Shown here piece after piece: positions 9,512 through 20,236 of a stretch of DNA of 64,000 bases. Every line of letters begins with the position of its first letter. Within the stretch, counting starts at the first letter, position 1. The notes under the pieces were generated by a model. That model was not told the origin of the DNA. It saw only the letters and a program-made list of their open reading frames with translations, and did no database searches. Origin of the DNA: Thiovulum sp. ES (GTDB lineage Bacteria > Campylobacterota > Campylobacteria > Campylobacterales > Thiovulaceae); assembly GCA_000276965.1 (NCBI GenBank), contig AKKQ01000001.1:11129-75128 (forward strand). Direction: 5' to 3'. Both the position numbers and the translations under genes were made by a program.

Positions 9512-10753
9512 TTAAAGTTCGACCTCTTTCATGTCATCTAACCATGTAGCAGTATCATTCAATTCTCTAACAAGAATTCTTGAAGCCTCTTCAGGAAATT
9601 CTGGTCTAGCATGAATTTGACTCATTACAAGTTTATTTCCAGTTCGTCCAACAATTTCAATTTTTCCAATATCATGACCCATGATAAATTTAAATCGTTT
9701 TGCGTATCCATCAAGTCGTCTTTTTACATTTGAAACCATATCAACTCCCTTTTTTAACGGAACTTGAAATTGCTTCGCAACATGTGCAACTGGCATTGTT
9801 TGGTAGAGGTAGTATGGATTTACACCAATCCGAATAAGACCATTCATTAAATCCTCTAAAGCCTCTTCAGAATCATTCACCCCTGCTAAAAGAACTGCTT
9901 GATTATTCACAGTAATTCCTGCATCTCTCAAATTTTTTACAGCAAGAGTAGTCTCTTTTGTAATCTCTTTTGGGTGATTAAAATGTGTCGGAACATAAAG
10001 TGTTTTATGCTGATTGAACTCTCGTAAAACTTCTAAAAGTTCTGGTTCAAAAAATCGGAGTGGATAAGTTAAAACAGCTCGGCTACCAATTCGGACATAA
10101 TTCAGATGTGGAATATCTTTTAAAAATCCGAGCATCTTTTTGATTCGTTCAGTTCCAAGAAGAAAAGGATCGCCACCAGAAATAATTACATTTGTAATTT
10201 CAGGATGATTTCGGATATATTTTGATGCCTCTTCAAAGTCATCAACAGTTTTATCCGTTTCTAAACCAACAAGCCTTTTTCTGAAACAGTGCCGACAATA
10301 CATTGGACAATATTCAGTTGCGACAACAAGAGCAGAATATGGATATTTGTGTAAAACTCCATTTCCTTTGTCATGTTTGTCATCTCCATATGGATCATCA
10401 GTCGTGCCTTCTCCATCAACAAGTTCATCAGAAGTTGGAACTGCCAATTTTTTAATTGGATCATTCTCATCATTTGGATCAATCAGACTTAAGTAGTAAC
10501 GGGGAATATTTATTGGGTGATTTTCTGAGATTTTTTGGAAATCTTCTTCTTCTTTTGGAGAGAGCTTAAAATATGTTTTCAACTCTTCAACAGTTGTTAC
10601 ATTTCTTTTTTGCTCTTCTTTCCAATTTAATTTAGTCCAATCTATGTTGGACAAACTGGGGAGTGGATCAACGGTTTTCGTTTCTGTATGTAAAATAATT
10701 TTTCCTTTCATTTTGTAAAGTTGAATCGATCCTAACAAAATCAACTTAAACAA
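9512..10753 (-). CDS. KamA-family radical SAM aminomutase (lysine 2,3-aminomutase-like)
   Basis: CPMYCRHCFRKR radical-SAM cluster motif in KamA context. The listed start is a TTG; ATG at 10711 (MKGKIILH) is an alternative start. Confidence 0.8.
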   Translation of the reverse strand: MFKLILLGSIQLYKMKGKIILHTETKTVDPLPSLSNIDWTKLNWKEEQKRNVTTVEELKTYFKLSPKEEEDFQKISENHPINIPRYYLSLIDPNDENDPIKKLAVPTSDELVDGEGTTDDPYGDDKHDKGNGVLHKYPYSALVVATEYCPMYCRHCFRKRLVGLETDKTVDDFEEASKYIRNHPEITNVIISGGDPFLLGTERIKKMLGFLKDIPHLNYVRIGSRAVLTYPLRFFEPELLEVLREFNQHKTLYVPTHFNHPKEITKETTLAVKNLRDAGITVNNQAVLLAGVNDSEEALEDLMNGLIRIGVNPYYLYQTMPVAHVAKQFQVPLKKGVDMVSNVKRRLDGYAKRFKFIMGHDIGKIEIVGRTGNKLVMSQIHARPEFPEEASRILVRELNDTATWLDDMKEVEL

Positions 10754-10992
10754 TTATTAGTTTTTAGAATTATTCTCTATCTAATTTTGAGAGATAATTT
10801 CTCTCTAAAAATTTTAAATTGCAATTAAAAATCTTTTCTAGTAAAATTCGGTTAATTAAAACTTCAAAAAAACTCTTCTTAATCAAATTTAAGAAAACTG
10901 CTTTCGAGGAAAATGGTCAAACTTCCAAATTTTTTTTAGAATAATCTGCTCTTAAAAAAACCTCATCGCAAAATCAAAGGAAATTTATAAAT

Positions 10993-12321
10993 ATGCAAGA
11001 AAACGAACAACCAAGAAAAAAACAACGGGGCGGTGGTGGGAATAGAACACATGTTCCCGCTACTGGTCATACAATTGAGGAGTTAAGAGAACTTCCTATT
11101 TCTGAAATTGTAAAGATTGCAATTGATGTTGAAATCGAAAATGCAAATAATATGAAACGACAAGACTTGATTTTTGAAATTCTCAAAAAACAGGTTAAAA
11201 AAGGTGGATTTATACTTTTTACAGGTGTTTTAGAAATTATGTCAGACGGATACGGATTTATTCGATCTCTTGACAAAAATTTTTCAGATAGTGAAAATGA
11301 TGCTTATGTTTCAAATACTCAAATCAAAAAATTCTCTCTCCGAACAGGTGATATTGTTACTGGACAGGTTCGTGCTCCAAAAGAGCAAGAAAGATATTAT
11401 GCTCTTCTCAAAATTGAGGCAATAAATTATCGAACAATCGCTGAAAACAAACGGAGACAACTTTTTGAAAATCTCACTCCTATTTTTCCAACTGAACAAC
11501 TTAAACTTGAATATGAACCAAAACGACTCACTGGACGAATTTTAGATCTGTTCTCTCCAATTGGTAAAGGTCAAAGAAGTTTAATTGTTGCCTCTCCAAA
11601 AAATGGTAAAACGGAACTTATGAAAGAGTTGGCAAACGGAATTAAGAGAAATCACCCAGAAGCTGACATCATTGTTCTCCTAATTGATGAGCGACCTGAA
11701 GAAGTTACGGATATGGAGAGAAGTATTATTGGTGAAGTTTATAGTTCAACTTTTGACCAACCTGCAAAAAATCATGTAAAAGTTGCTGATTTAGTTATTG
11801 AAATGGCGAAACGAAAAGTTGAAATGGGTGAAGATGTCGTAATTCTTTTAGACTCAATTACACGACTTGCACGAGCTTATAACACCGTAACACCTGCAAG
11901 TGGAAAAGTTCTTTCGGGCGGTGTTGATGCAAATGCACTACATAAACCAAAAAGATTTTTCGGTGCTGCTAGAAATATTGAAAATGGTGGAAGCCTTACA
12001 ATTATCGCAACTGCACTTGTTGAAACTGGTAGCCGAATGGATGATGTTATTTTTGAAGAGTTTAAGGGAACTGGAAATTCAGAAATCGCACTTTCTCGAA
12101 CAGTTGCCGAAAGACGAATTTTCCCTGCTGTCAATCTTCTTAAATCTGGAACTCGGAAAGATGAACTGATTTTAGGCGATGAGGTTCTTCAAAAAGCATG
12201 GCTTTTAAGAAATGCACTAGCTGATATTGATGATGAAGTAGAATCCCTTAAGTTTCTTTATGGAAAAATGCTACAGTCAAGAAATAACGAGGAATTCCTC
12301 GAAATGATGAGTTCCGAATAG
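10993..12321 (+). CDS. rho: Transcription termination factor Rho
   Basis: RNA-binding and ATPase regions ([16 protein letters not shown]). Carries a ~28-aa basic Gly-rich N-terminal extension ([10 protein letters not shown]). Confidence 0.95.
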   Translation: MQENEQPRKKQRGGGGNRTHVPATGHTIEELRELPISEIVKIAIDVEIENANNMKRQDLIFEILKKQVKKGGFILFTGVLEIMSDGYGFIRSLDKNFSDSENDAYVSNTQIKKFSLRTGDIVTGQVRAPKEQERYYALLKIEAINYRTIAENKRRQLFENLTPIFPTEQLKLEYEPKRLTGRILDLFSPIGKGQRSLIVASPKNGKTELMKELANGIKRNHPEADIIVLLIDERPEEVTDMERSIIGEVYSSTFDQPAKNHVKVADLVIEMAKRKVEMGEDVVILLDSITRLARAYNTVTPASGKVLSGGVDANALHKPKRFFGAARNIENGGSLTIIATALVETGSRMDDVIFEEFKGTGNSEIALSRTVAERRIFPAVNLLKSGTRKDELILGDEVLQKAWLLRNALADIDDEVESLKFLYGKMLQSRNNEEFLEMMSSE

Positions 12322-12330
12322 GATTTATTT

Positions 12331-13620
12331 ATGATAAATATTATCAATACGACTGATACAGATTTTCAAACAAAGTTTGATGAAATTTTGAATCGTGGAA
12401 AAATGGATATTCATTCTGTTAGCGACATCGTTGCAAATATCTTAAAACGAGTCAGACAAGAGGGTGATAAAGCAGTCATTCAAGATGTTAGAGATTTTGA
12501 TAAGTGGTATCCAGAAGACGGATCAGACCTCATCGTTACTCATGAAGAGATGGAGAGTGGTTTTCACAGACTTACTCCAGAATTGAAAAAAGCTCTTAGA
12601 GTTGCTTATACAAGAATTGAAAAGTTCCACAAGTTGCAGATGCCAAAGAGTTGGATTGAGACAGAGGAAAATGGATCGATGCTTGGGCAAAAAGTTACAC
12701 CAATTGAGAGAGCAGGACTCTATATTCCTGGAGGAAAAGCGATCTATCCCTCTTCATTATTGATGAATGCAATTCCTGCTCATGTTGCGGGAGTGAAAGA
12801 GATTGTTGTTGTTTCTCCAACTCCAAATGGTGAAATAAGCGATATTCTCCTTGGTGCTGGATATATTGCAAATGTAAAAGCGATATATAAAGTTGGTGGA
12901 GCTTCTGCAATTGGTGCGATGGCTTATGGAACAGAAACTATTCCAAAAGTTGATGTAATCACAGGACCAGGAAATATTTTTGTTGCAACTGCTAAAAAAC
13001 AGGTTTTTGGTGATGTCCAAATCGATATGATCGCAGGTCCTAGTGAAATTGGTGTTCTTGCCGATGAGGTCGCTGTTCCAAGCCACATAGCAATCGATAT
13101 GCTTTCTCAAGCTGAACATGACGAAATGGCTAGTTCTATTCTCATTACTCCATTTCAAAAATTGGCAAAAGATGTTAATAAAGAGATTAAAAAATGGCTT
13201 CAAGAACTTGAACGACGAGAAATTGCTGAAAGGTCTATCAGAGATCGTGGGGCAATCATCGTTACTGAAACAATGGACGAAGCAATTGATTTAATGAATC
13301 AAATTGCACCAGAGCATTTAGAAGTTGTAACAAACTCACCTTTTGAACTTCTTCCACAAATTAAAAATGCCGGTGCTATCTTTCTTGGAAAAAACACACC
13401 TGAAGCGGTTGGTGATTATATGGCTGGACCAAATCACACTCTTCCAACTGGTGGTAGTGCAAAATTCTTTTCACCTCTTTCAGTTGAAAACTTCTTAAAA
13501 AAGAGTTCAATAATCTCTTTCTCCAAAAAAGCTTTAAAGCAATTTGGAAATGATATTGATGTTTTTGCAAGAACAGAACAACTCGATGCTCATGCACTTT
13601 CTGTAAAAGTTAGGTTATAA
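12331..13620 (+). CDS. hisD: Histidinol dehydrogenase
   Basis: HisD pattern (GPSEIGVLAD, QAEHDE, GDYMAGPNHTLPT). Confidence 0.95.
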   Translation: MINIINTTDTDFQTKFDEILNRGKMDIHSVSDIVANILKRVRQEGDKAVIQDVRDFDKWYPEDGSDLIVTHEEMESGFHRLTPELKKALRVAYTRIEKFHKLQMPKSWIETEENGSMLGQKVTPIERAGLYIPGGKAIYPSSLLMNAIPAHVAGVKEIVVVSPTPNGEISDILLGAGYIANVKAIYKVGGASAIGAMAYGTETIPKVDVITGPGNIFVATAKKQVFGDVQIDMIAGPSEIGVLADEVAVPSHIAIDMLSQAEHDEMASSILITPFQKLAKDVNKEIKKWLQELERREIAERSIRDRGAIIVTETMDEAIDLMNQIAPEHLEVVTNSPFELLPQIKNAGAIFLGKNTPEAVGDYMAGPNHTLPTGGSAKFFSPLSVENFLKKSSIISFSKKALKQFGNDIDVFARTEQLDAHALSVKVRL

Positions 13621-13624
13621 ATTT

Positions 13625-13645
13625 TTGTCGGATTTTTTCCGACAA
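13625..13645. terminator. Bidirectional hairpin TTGTCGGA-ttttt-TCCGACAA (family member c)
   Basis: Perfect 8-bp stem between convergent hisD and rsmE. Confidence 0.65.
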
Positions 13646-14311
13646 TTAAAGGTTTAAAATTGAGAGGGCTGAAACAACAGCGGTTTCACTTCGCAGAATA
13701 TTTGCTGAGGGTAAAGAGAGACTGTTTTTAAAAAGTTTTCTCTCATTTTCTGAAAATCCACCTTCACAACCAACGACAAATTCTAAATTTTCACTTTTTG
13801 GAATAGTTCTATTTTCAGAAAAATCAATAGCAAAAGCATTTTTGTAAGTCTCTAAAAAGGTTTCTAAATTTTGGAAAGTCTCAACTTTTGGAATATCGAA
13901 ACGACCGCATTGCATCGATGAGGTTTCTAAAATTCTTTGAATTCTGTCAAAATCTAATTTGAAATTTTTTTGTGAAAAATCGCAGTAGATAAATGCAATT
14001 TTGGAAATTCCCAACTCATTTAGCATTGACAAAGTTTTTTCGACTGTTTTTGGATCAACAAGACACCAACCCAAAACTGTTTTTTTTGCTTGTTCTACAA
14101 AATTCTCAGCTTGATTTTCTAAATTTAAAATAGCTTTTCGGCGAGAAACATCAGAAATTCGATATTGAAAAAGAGTTTTTGGGCTTTCAAGATTTCTTAA
14201 AAAAAGAACCTCATCAGCTCGGTGGCGACGAACTTTAAAAATATAGTTGTAAAGTTCGCCGTCTAACTCTATTCTCGAGTTTCCACTGAGATTAGAGTAA
14301 ATGAATTGCAA
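13646..14311 (-). CDS. rsmE: 16S rRNA (uracil1498-N3)-methyltransferase RsmE family
   Basis: RsmE-like N-terminus (HIFKVRRHR-type: YNYIFKVRRHR) and a C-terminal GCEGGFSENE...LRSETA. Confidence 0.8.
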   Translation of the reverse strand: MQFIYSNLSGNSRIELDGELYNYIFKVRRHRADEVLFLRNLESPKTLFQYRISDVSRRKAILNLENQAENFVEQAKKTVLGWCLVDPKTVEKTLSMLNELGISKIAFIYCDFSQKNFKLDFDRIQRILETSSMQCGRFDIPKVETFQNLETFLETYKNAFAIDFSENRTIPKSENLEFVVGCEGGFSENERKLFKNSLSLPSANILRSETAVVSALSILNL

Positions 14312-14312
14312 A

Positions 14313-14816
14313 TTATTTTTCTCGTGCTTCTACAATTTCAATTGTTTCGATTTTATCTCCACCCTTAATTGAGTGAAGAATCTGTCGGCTTTCTCGATCT
14401 CGTAATTCGATTTGTCCAAAAGTAGTATGAACTCCGTCAAGGTGCGGACAATCTACAAAACAGATGAAAAATTGGCTACCACCTGTGTTTGGTCCAGCAT
14501 GTGCCATTGAAAGTGTTCCGATTCTGTGTTTTGTTTTGTTTAATGCAGTTTCACATGGAATTCTCCAATCTGGACCACCAGTTCCACTTCCGTGTGGACA
14601 ACCACCCTGTGCCATAAATCCCGGAATTACTCGGTGAAAATTTAAGCCATTGTAAAAACCAGTCGAAGCAAGGTGTGCAAAGTTTGCTACCGTATTTGGA
14701 GTTTCATCATTTAGTAATTTAATCCAAATAACCCCTTTGCTTGTTGTGATTTTTGCAAAATTTAATTTCGTAAGTTCTTCTTGTGGCAAGTTGTATGTTT
14801 TTAATTCGCCTCTCAC
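14313..14816 (-). CDS. Cyclophilin-type peptidyl-prolyl cis-trans isomerase
   Basis: FHRVIPGFMAQGG, SMAHAGPNTGGSQFFI. Confidence 0.9.
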   Translation of the reverse strand: MRGELKTYNLPQEELTKLNFAKITTSKGVIWIKLLNDETPNTVANFAHLASTGFYNGLNFHRVIPGFMAQGGCPHGSGTGGPDWRIPCETALNKTKHRIGTLSMAHAGPNTGGSQFFICFVDCPHLDGVHTTFGQIELRDRESRQILHSIKGGDKIETIEIVEAREK

Positions 14817-14855
14817 TGTTTCTCCTATAATTTTTTTAGAATTTCATAATTCTAA

Positions 14856-16901
14856 CTAAAATCGATAAGTCATGTGAAAAGCTGGTAAAAATGGAACTTG
14901 ATAATAGTAGCCATCTTTTTCATAATCATCGTTGTATCTAATTCCCCGCACATTGTCTTTAAAAAGTGTTGAAAGATTCAATAGTTCAAGCGAAAACTCA
15001 AAACTTTCATCGTCGTTATATATCCACTCTTTTCCAATTTGCAAATCAATATCTATTGTATCGGGAAGACTTTTAGCAAAAAGGTTTTCAGAGTAAATTG
15101 GTTTTTTAAATGGTTCTCCATCTTCTCTATATATAATTTCTCCAGTTTCTGGATTTGTCAAATCAACAACTCTCTCTATTTCCGTGTATGGCGAACCTGA
15201 AGAGTATTTAAAAAGCCCTGCAATTTTCCAACCATTTTTAAATTTATAACTACTATTGATTTGTAAAGTATGCGGAATTTCTCCATAAAAACGGTGAAGT
15301 TCATTTTTTTGTGCATTCAATTCTCGTTCAGAATCTACAAAAGTGTAAGCCAAAAGAGTTGTTAATTGGTCGTTTTTAAACTCATATGTGAAATCTATTC
15401 CACGAGCAAAACCCTCTCCAGAAGATGAATAGATTTCATAATCGTCAGCAATTACAAGATTGTGAAGAGTTTTATAATATGGCTCAAATTTAAAAGTCCC
15501 GAAATCTGTTTTTTGTGTGTAATTAAAAGTATAGTGATACGAGTGCTCATAAATACTGATTTCTGGATTTCCAAGATTTTCAATAATATATCTTGGTTCT
15601 GGAAATTGAGAATATTTTCCACCAGCAAAAGAGACTGATTTTTTCTCGTCAATTTCATAAGTTAAAGCATGACGATGATCAACATATCCTTCAAAATCTT
15701 GAAACTCTACTGTTCCAATTCTAACACCGTTTCTAAATTTCCAGTTTGGTAAAAAACTCCAAGTATCTTGAAAATAGAGAATATCAGAATTTGAAACAAA
15801 GGTATCTTTGACACGAACAACTTCCGCACCTGTTAAATATGAACTGCTAGGATCATCTCTGTCAGGTTGTCGCGGAGAATTTACATCAATTGGCGACTCG
15901 TTATGCAGATGTTCAATTCCTAAAACAGGTTTGTGTTTATCTAAATACCAAGTTGTCTGGTGAAAAAGCCCAGATATGTAGGTTGTTACACCAACATCAA
16001 AATCATCATCAAAAAGTTGCATATCAAAATATGTTCGCATGTGATAGAGCAAAGTTTGTGATTTTTGGTCTTCACCCGTATATTTCCATCGCAAACCAAA
16101 AGTCTCAAAACCTCGCTCTTGATCTATTTTCCCATTTGCGACTGGGTCTTTATCTTTTTGCAGTGAAGAGTTTAATTTTAGTTCATCTTTTGAAATGATT
16201 GATTCCAAAGTAATCATGTTATTACTGTCTATTTCATAAGCAAGAATTAGTTGTGCATCATAAAATCGTGGAAAAAGTGTAAAGGTTAATTTCTCTTCTT
16301 CATCATCTTCATTTTTTGCAAGTTCGTCAAGAATTTTGTCGGCAAAAAGATCAAAATAGCTTCGTCTTCCACCAATAAAAAGAGAAGCTTTTTCAGAAAG
16401 TGGAACATCAATTGCAAAATCTGCATCATACAAACCTAAATGAACTCGCCCATTTCCAGAACCATATGGATATTTTGGAGTGATGTCAATTACTGCACCC
16501 ATCGTCTCATATGAAACATCAAAACCACCTAAATAGGCATCAATTTGTCGAGTCGCTTCTGGAGAAACAACCGAATACAATCCACCAAGATGAAAAACAT
16601 ATCCAATAGGTAAATGATCAACTGTAACAAGAGTCTCTCGAGGTTTTGAACCATGAATAATAAGTTCCCCGCTATCATTTCCCGATGAGGTTACACCCGC
16701 AAGTGTTTTTATCGCTTTTAATGGATCTCCGTTTGTTCCCGCAAAATCTAAAGCCTCTTCAATTGAAAAAGAATCTTGCATTGGTGCATGTTCTAAAATT
16801 GAATCATCTTGTAATTTATAACTATCAACAACTTCAAAATCAATCAATTCAACTTCAGCTGAAAATAGTAAAAAAGGGAAAAGCAAAAATAAAAAATACA
16901 A
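14856..16901 (-). CDS. TonB-dependent-receptor-like outer membrane protein
   Basis: Signal peptide, plug-like GDPLKAIKTLAGV, long beta-rich body and a terminal aromatic (MTYRF). Confidence 0.65.
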   Translation of the reverse strand: MYFLFLLFPFLLFSAEVELIDFEVVDSYKLQDDSILEHAPMQDSFSIEEALDFAGTNGDPLKAIKTLAGVTSSGNDSGELIIHGSKPRETLVTVDHLPIGYVFHLGGLYSVVSPEATRQIDAYLGGFDVSYETMGAVIDITPKYPYGSGNGRVHLGLYDADFAIDVPLSEKASLFIGGRRSYFDLFADKILDELAKNEDDEEEKLTFTLFPRFYDAQLILAYEIDSNNMITLESIISKDELKLNSSLQKDKDPVANGKIDQERGFETFGLRWKYTGEDQKSQTLLYHMRTYFDMQLFDDDFDVGVTTYISGLFHQTTWYLDKHKPVLGIEHLHNESPIDVNSPRQPDRDDPSSSYLTGAEVVRVKDTFVSNSDILYFQDTWSFLPNWKFRNGVRIGTVEFQDFEGYVDHRHALTYEIDEKKSVSFAGGKYSQFPEPRYIIENLGNPEISIYEHSYHYTFNYTQKTDFGTFKFEPYYKTLHNLVIADDYEIYSSSGEGFARGIDFTYEFKNDQLTTLLAYTFVDSERELNAQKNELHRFYGEIPHTLQINSSYKFKNGWKIAGLFKYSSGSPYTEIERVVDLTNPETGEIIYREDGEPFKKPIYSENLFAKSLPDTIDIDLQIGKEWIYNDDESFEFSLELLNLSTLFKDNVRGIRYNDDYEKDGYYYQVPFLPAFHMTYRF

Positions 16902-17044
16902 AATTATCCTTTAAATTTTTTCAGATTATAACGACAAACTCTAATTATTTTTATAAATTCAGATTTAGATTTTTTTACTTAAGTTTATAAATTATGGGCT
17001 ATAAATTAATTGTTTAAATTGTTTTGGATTTGTTTTTTTTGAAG

Positions 17045-17119
17045 TGGCTCCGGATACTGGATTCGAACCAGTGACCAAGCGGTTAACAGCCGCCTACTCT
17101 ACCGCTGAGCTAATCCGGA
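17045..17119 (-). tRNA. tRNA-Asn (GTT), CCA encoded
   Basis: Minus strand reads tccggat..gctcagcggt..; anticodon loop ct-GTT-aa; T arm ggttcgaatcc; acceptor 7 bp followed by gCCA. Confidence 0.9.
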
Positions 17120-17159
17120 ATTGAGGCTCTTTAAAGCTTATTTGCTTTTGAGTGGCGGA

Positions 17160-17188
17160 ATTATAGTGAATTTTTTTTTAGATGTCAA
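17160..17188 (-). promoter_or_regulatory. Consensus sigma70-type promoter for tRNA-Asn: TTGACA-N17-TATAAT plus GC-rich discriminator TCCGCCAC
   Basis: On the minus strand TTGACA lies at 17183-17188 and TATAAT at 17160-17165, with an exact 17-nt spacer. The discriminator is shared with the tRNA-Met promoter. Confidence 0.6.
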
Positions 17189-17210
17189 GGGTTTTTTGTA
17201 AATTACAAAA

Positions 17211-17229
17211 GTCGGAAAAAAATCCCGAC
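17211..17229. terminator. Degenerate member of the GTCGG/CCGAC hairpin family (d)
   Basis: gtcgg-aaaaaaatc-ccgac lies immediately downstream of the trpB stop. Only a 5-bp stem. Confidence 0.4.
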
Positions 17230-17236
17230 AAAAAAA

Positions 17237-18433
17237 TTAAAGTTCTAAGAGTTTTTGAGCCTGAACCATATCTTTATCACCACGACCAGAAAGATTTAAA
17301 ATTACTGTTTTTCCTTTTAATTCCTCTTTTGCTTTTTTAAGATATGCGACACCGTGAGCAGTTTCAAAAGCAGGAACAATTCCCTCTTTTTGAGAAAGCC
17401 AAACAAAAGCATCAATTGCCTCTTTGTCTGTAATTGAATCATATTTTACAGTGCCATTGTCTTTATGAAAAGAGTGCTCTGGTCCAATACCTGGATAGTC
17501 AAGTCCTGCGGAAATAGAGTGAGCTTCCAAAATTTGCCCGTCATCATCTTGTAAAAGATAACTCATTTGACCATGAAGAACTCCCGCACGACCTTTTTGC
17601 AAACTTGCTCCATGTTTTTCAGTATCTAAACCGTAGCCACCTGCTTCAATTCCAACACATTGCACCTCATCGTCCTCTAAAAACGGGTGAAAAAGTCCAA
17701 TCGCATTACTACCGCCACCAATTGGAGCGATGACATAATCGGGAAGTTTGCCCTCTTTTTCTAAAATTTGGTTTCTTGCTTCAGTTCCAATAATAGCTTG
17801 GAAATCCCGAACCATCATCGGATACGGATGAGGTCCTGCGACTGTTCCAATAATATAGAAAGTGTCTCGTGCATTTGTAACCCAATCTCGTATCGCATCA
17901 TTCATTGCATCTTTCAGAGTTTTGCTACCGCTTTGAACTGCATGAACTTTTGCACCGAGAAGCTTCATTCGGAAAACATTTAAAGATTGTCTCTCAACAT
18001 CTTTTGCACCCATAAAAATTTCACACTCTAAACCAAGAAGTGCCGAAATAGTAGCAGTCGCAACACCGTGTTGTCCCGCACCAGTTTCCGCAATTACTCG
18101 CTTTTTCCCAAGTCGTTTTGCAAGTAATCCCTGTGCGATTGTGTTGTTGATTTTATGTGCACCTGTGTGATTTAAATCTTCCCGTTTGAGATATATTTTT
18201 GCACCAATCTCTTCAGATATATTTTTTGCAAAATAGAGTGGAGTTTCCCGACCAACATATTCACGAGAATATTCTGCAACTTCTTTCCAAAACTCTTTGT
18301 CAAAACGAATCTTTTCATACTCTTTTTCAAGTTCTAGTAAAACTGGCATTAGTGTTTCAGGAACATATCGACCACCGAAAATTCCAAAATGCCCATTTTC
18401 TGGATCAAATTTACTTTTTTTAGGAATATACAT
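17237..18433 (-). CDS. trpB: Tryptophan synthase beta chain
   Basis: Full TrpB pattern ([17 protein letters not shown]). No trpA is adjacent. Confidence 0.95.
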   Translation of the reverse strand: MYIPKKSKFDPENGHFGIFGGRYVPETLMPVLLELEKEYEKIRFDKEFWKEVAEYSREYVGRETPLYFAKNISEEIGAKIYLKREDLNHTGAHKINNTIAQGLLAKRLGKKRVIAETGAGQHGVATATISALLGLECEIFMGAKDVERQSLNVFRMKLLGAKVHAVQSGSKTLKDAMNDAIRDWVTNARDTFYIIGTVAGPHPYPMMVRDFQAIIGTEARNQILEKEGKLPDYVIAPIGGGSNAIGLFHPFLEDDEVQCVGIEAGGYGLDTEKHGASLQKGRAGVLHGQMSYLLQDDDGQILEAHSISAGLDYPGIGPEHSFHKDNGTVKYDSITDKEAIDAFVWLSQKEGIVPAFETAHGVAYLKKAKEELKGKTVILNLSGRGDKDMVQAQKLLEL

Positions 18434-18691
18434 TTTTATGATGACTTTTGTTTATATTAATTATATAAATCGCATCACTCCTTTCTTAAAATATTTAAAA
18501 GCTTAACTAACAAGACTTTAAAAAATTGTTACACCCAGTGAAATGAACAAATTTATTTAGATAAATTTTATTTATATAAAATAAAATCGATTTACCCCTT
18601 TTTGGTAAAATAGCGAAATCTCCATTTTTGGAGACGGAAGCATATTTTATTACAAAAAAGTGTTTTCTGAAAATTTGAGGATTTGTTAAAT

Positions 18692-20218
18692 ATGCAAATA
18701 TTAGAAACACTCTCACTTGAAGAGTTTATATTTATTGAAATAACGGCAATCATTTTTGTTAGTTATATTGGTTTTCTTTTTGGGAAAAATGTCGGAAAAG
18801 GGAATAGCGGACTTTTTATAAAACAGGCTAAAGCAAAAGCTAAAAGCATTGAAAAAGAAGCTGAATATCTTTTAAAAGAGGCTCGAGTTAAAGCAAAAGA
18901 GTATGAACTTGAACACAAACATGATTTTGATAGGAAAATTCTTGAGCTTGAAAACGAGGCAAAAGAGAGAGTTAAAAACCTAAAAATTGATAGTCGGAAT
19001 TTGGAAAAAGAGAAAAATGCTCTTCAAAAAAGTCGTGAAGATTATGAAGAAAAATCGAAAGAACTCTATCGTGTGATTGAAAAGACTGCAAAAATGACTC
19101 GGTCTGAAGCTCGAGAAGTTATTCTAAATCAGATAAAAGAGGAAGAAGAAGTTTTAATTGCGAAAACAATAAGGCGGTATGAAGAGAGAGCAAAAGAGGA
19201 AGCTGAGAAAAAAGCGGGATACATTATTGCTCAAGCAACAACTCGTTTTGCGGGTGAATACTCTGCGGAAAGACTTGTAAATACTGTCAAATTGAATAGC
19301 GATGATATCAAAGGTCGAATTATTGGAAAAGAGGGGCGAAATATTAAACGACTTGAAGCAATTCTTGGTGTTGATATTATTGTTGATGGAACTCCGAGAA
19401 CAATCACACTTTCTAGTTTCAATTTGTATCGTCGTTCGATTGCGGTTAAGACTATTGAGAAGTTGATTGAAGATGGTCGAATTCAACCTGCACGAATCGA
19501 GGAAATCTACGAAAAAGTTGTTAAAGAATCTGATAAAGATATTTTGAAAGAGGGAGAGGAAATCCTTCAGCAACTTGGAATTAGTGCAATGCATCCTGAA
19601 CTGATAAAACTTGTTGGACGACTTCGGTATAGAGCAAGTTATGGTCAAAATGCACTCTCTCACTCTCTTGAAGTTGCTTATCTTTCTGGAATGATGACTG
19701 CGGAAATTGGTGGCGATGAGGTTCTTGCAAAACGGGCTGGTCTTCTTCACGATATTGGAAAAGCTCTCACTCATGAAAACGGCGGGAATCATGTTGATTT
19801 AGGTGTCGAAGTTTGTAAAAAATATGGTGAAAATGAAGTTGTTATAAATGCAATTTATGCTCATCATGAATACGAAGAAGCAAAAACAATTGAAGTTGCA
19901 ACAGTTTGTACGGCTGATAAACTTTCTGCTGGACGACCTGGTGCTAGACGAGAAGTTTTAGAAACATCACTAAAGCGGATCAAGAAAATTGAAGATATTG
20001 CACTCGCAGAAAATGGTGTTTCCACAGCTTATGCAGTAAATTCTGGTCGAGAGTTGCGGGTGATTGTAAATTCACTTGATGTTTCCGACAAAGATGCCTA
20101 CACCATGTCAAAAAATATTGCAAAAGAGATTGAGAAAAAACTTGAAAAATTCCCTGGGGATATTGTTGTAAATGTAATTCGAGAGAGTCGAATGAAATCT
20201 GTGGCAAAAAGCCTGTAA
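18692..20218 (+). CDS. rny: Ribonuclease Y (N-terminal TM, KH, HD domains)
   Basis: KGRIIGKEGRNIKRLE (KH) and HDIGKA...HH (HD). ATG 18692 sits 10 nt after GAGGA. The TTG at 18683 in the ORF track is too close to the SD. Confidence 0.9.
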   Translation: MQILETLSLEEFIFIEITAIIFVSYIGFLFGKNVGKGNSGLFIKQAKAKAKSIEKEAEYLLKEARVKAKEYELEHKHDFDRKILELENEAKERVKNLKIDSRNLEKEKNALQKSREDYEEKSKELYRVIEKTAKMTRSEAREVILNQIKEEEEVLIAKTIRRYEERAKEEAEKKAGYIIAQATTRFAGEYSAERLVNTVKLNSDDIKGRIIGKEGRNIKRLEAILGVDIIVDGTPRTITLSSFNLYRRSIAVKTIEKLIEDGRIQPARIEEIYEKVVKESDKDILKEGEEILQQLGISAMHPELIKLVGRLRYRASYGQNALSHSLEVAYLSGMMTAEIGGDEVLAKRAGLLHDIGKALTHENGGNHVDLGVEVCKKYGENEVVINAIYAHHEYEEAKTIEVATVCTADKLSAGRPGARREVLETSLKRIKKIEDIALAENGVSTAYAVNSGRELRVIVNSLDVSDKDAYTMSKNIAKEIEKKLEKFPGDIVVNVIRESRMKSVAKSL

Positions 20219-20236
20219 AAATTACGAAAGGTTATT

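Noticed and set aside
17237-18433. trpB without adjacent trpA, considered as a sign of a TrpB2-type stand-alone enzyme.
   Set aside because: The sequence has the ordinary TrpB1 pattern and length. trpA may simply be elsewhere, which cannot be judged from this window.
18507-18716. 69-aa minus-strand ORF between trpB and rny.
   Set aside because: It overlaps the rny start and promoter region, has no ribosome-binding site and has odd composition. I treat it as intergenic.
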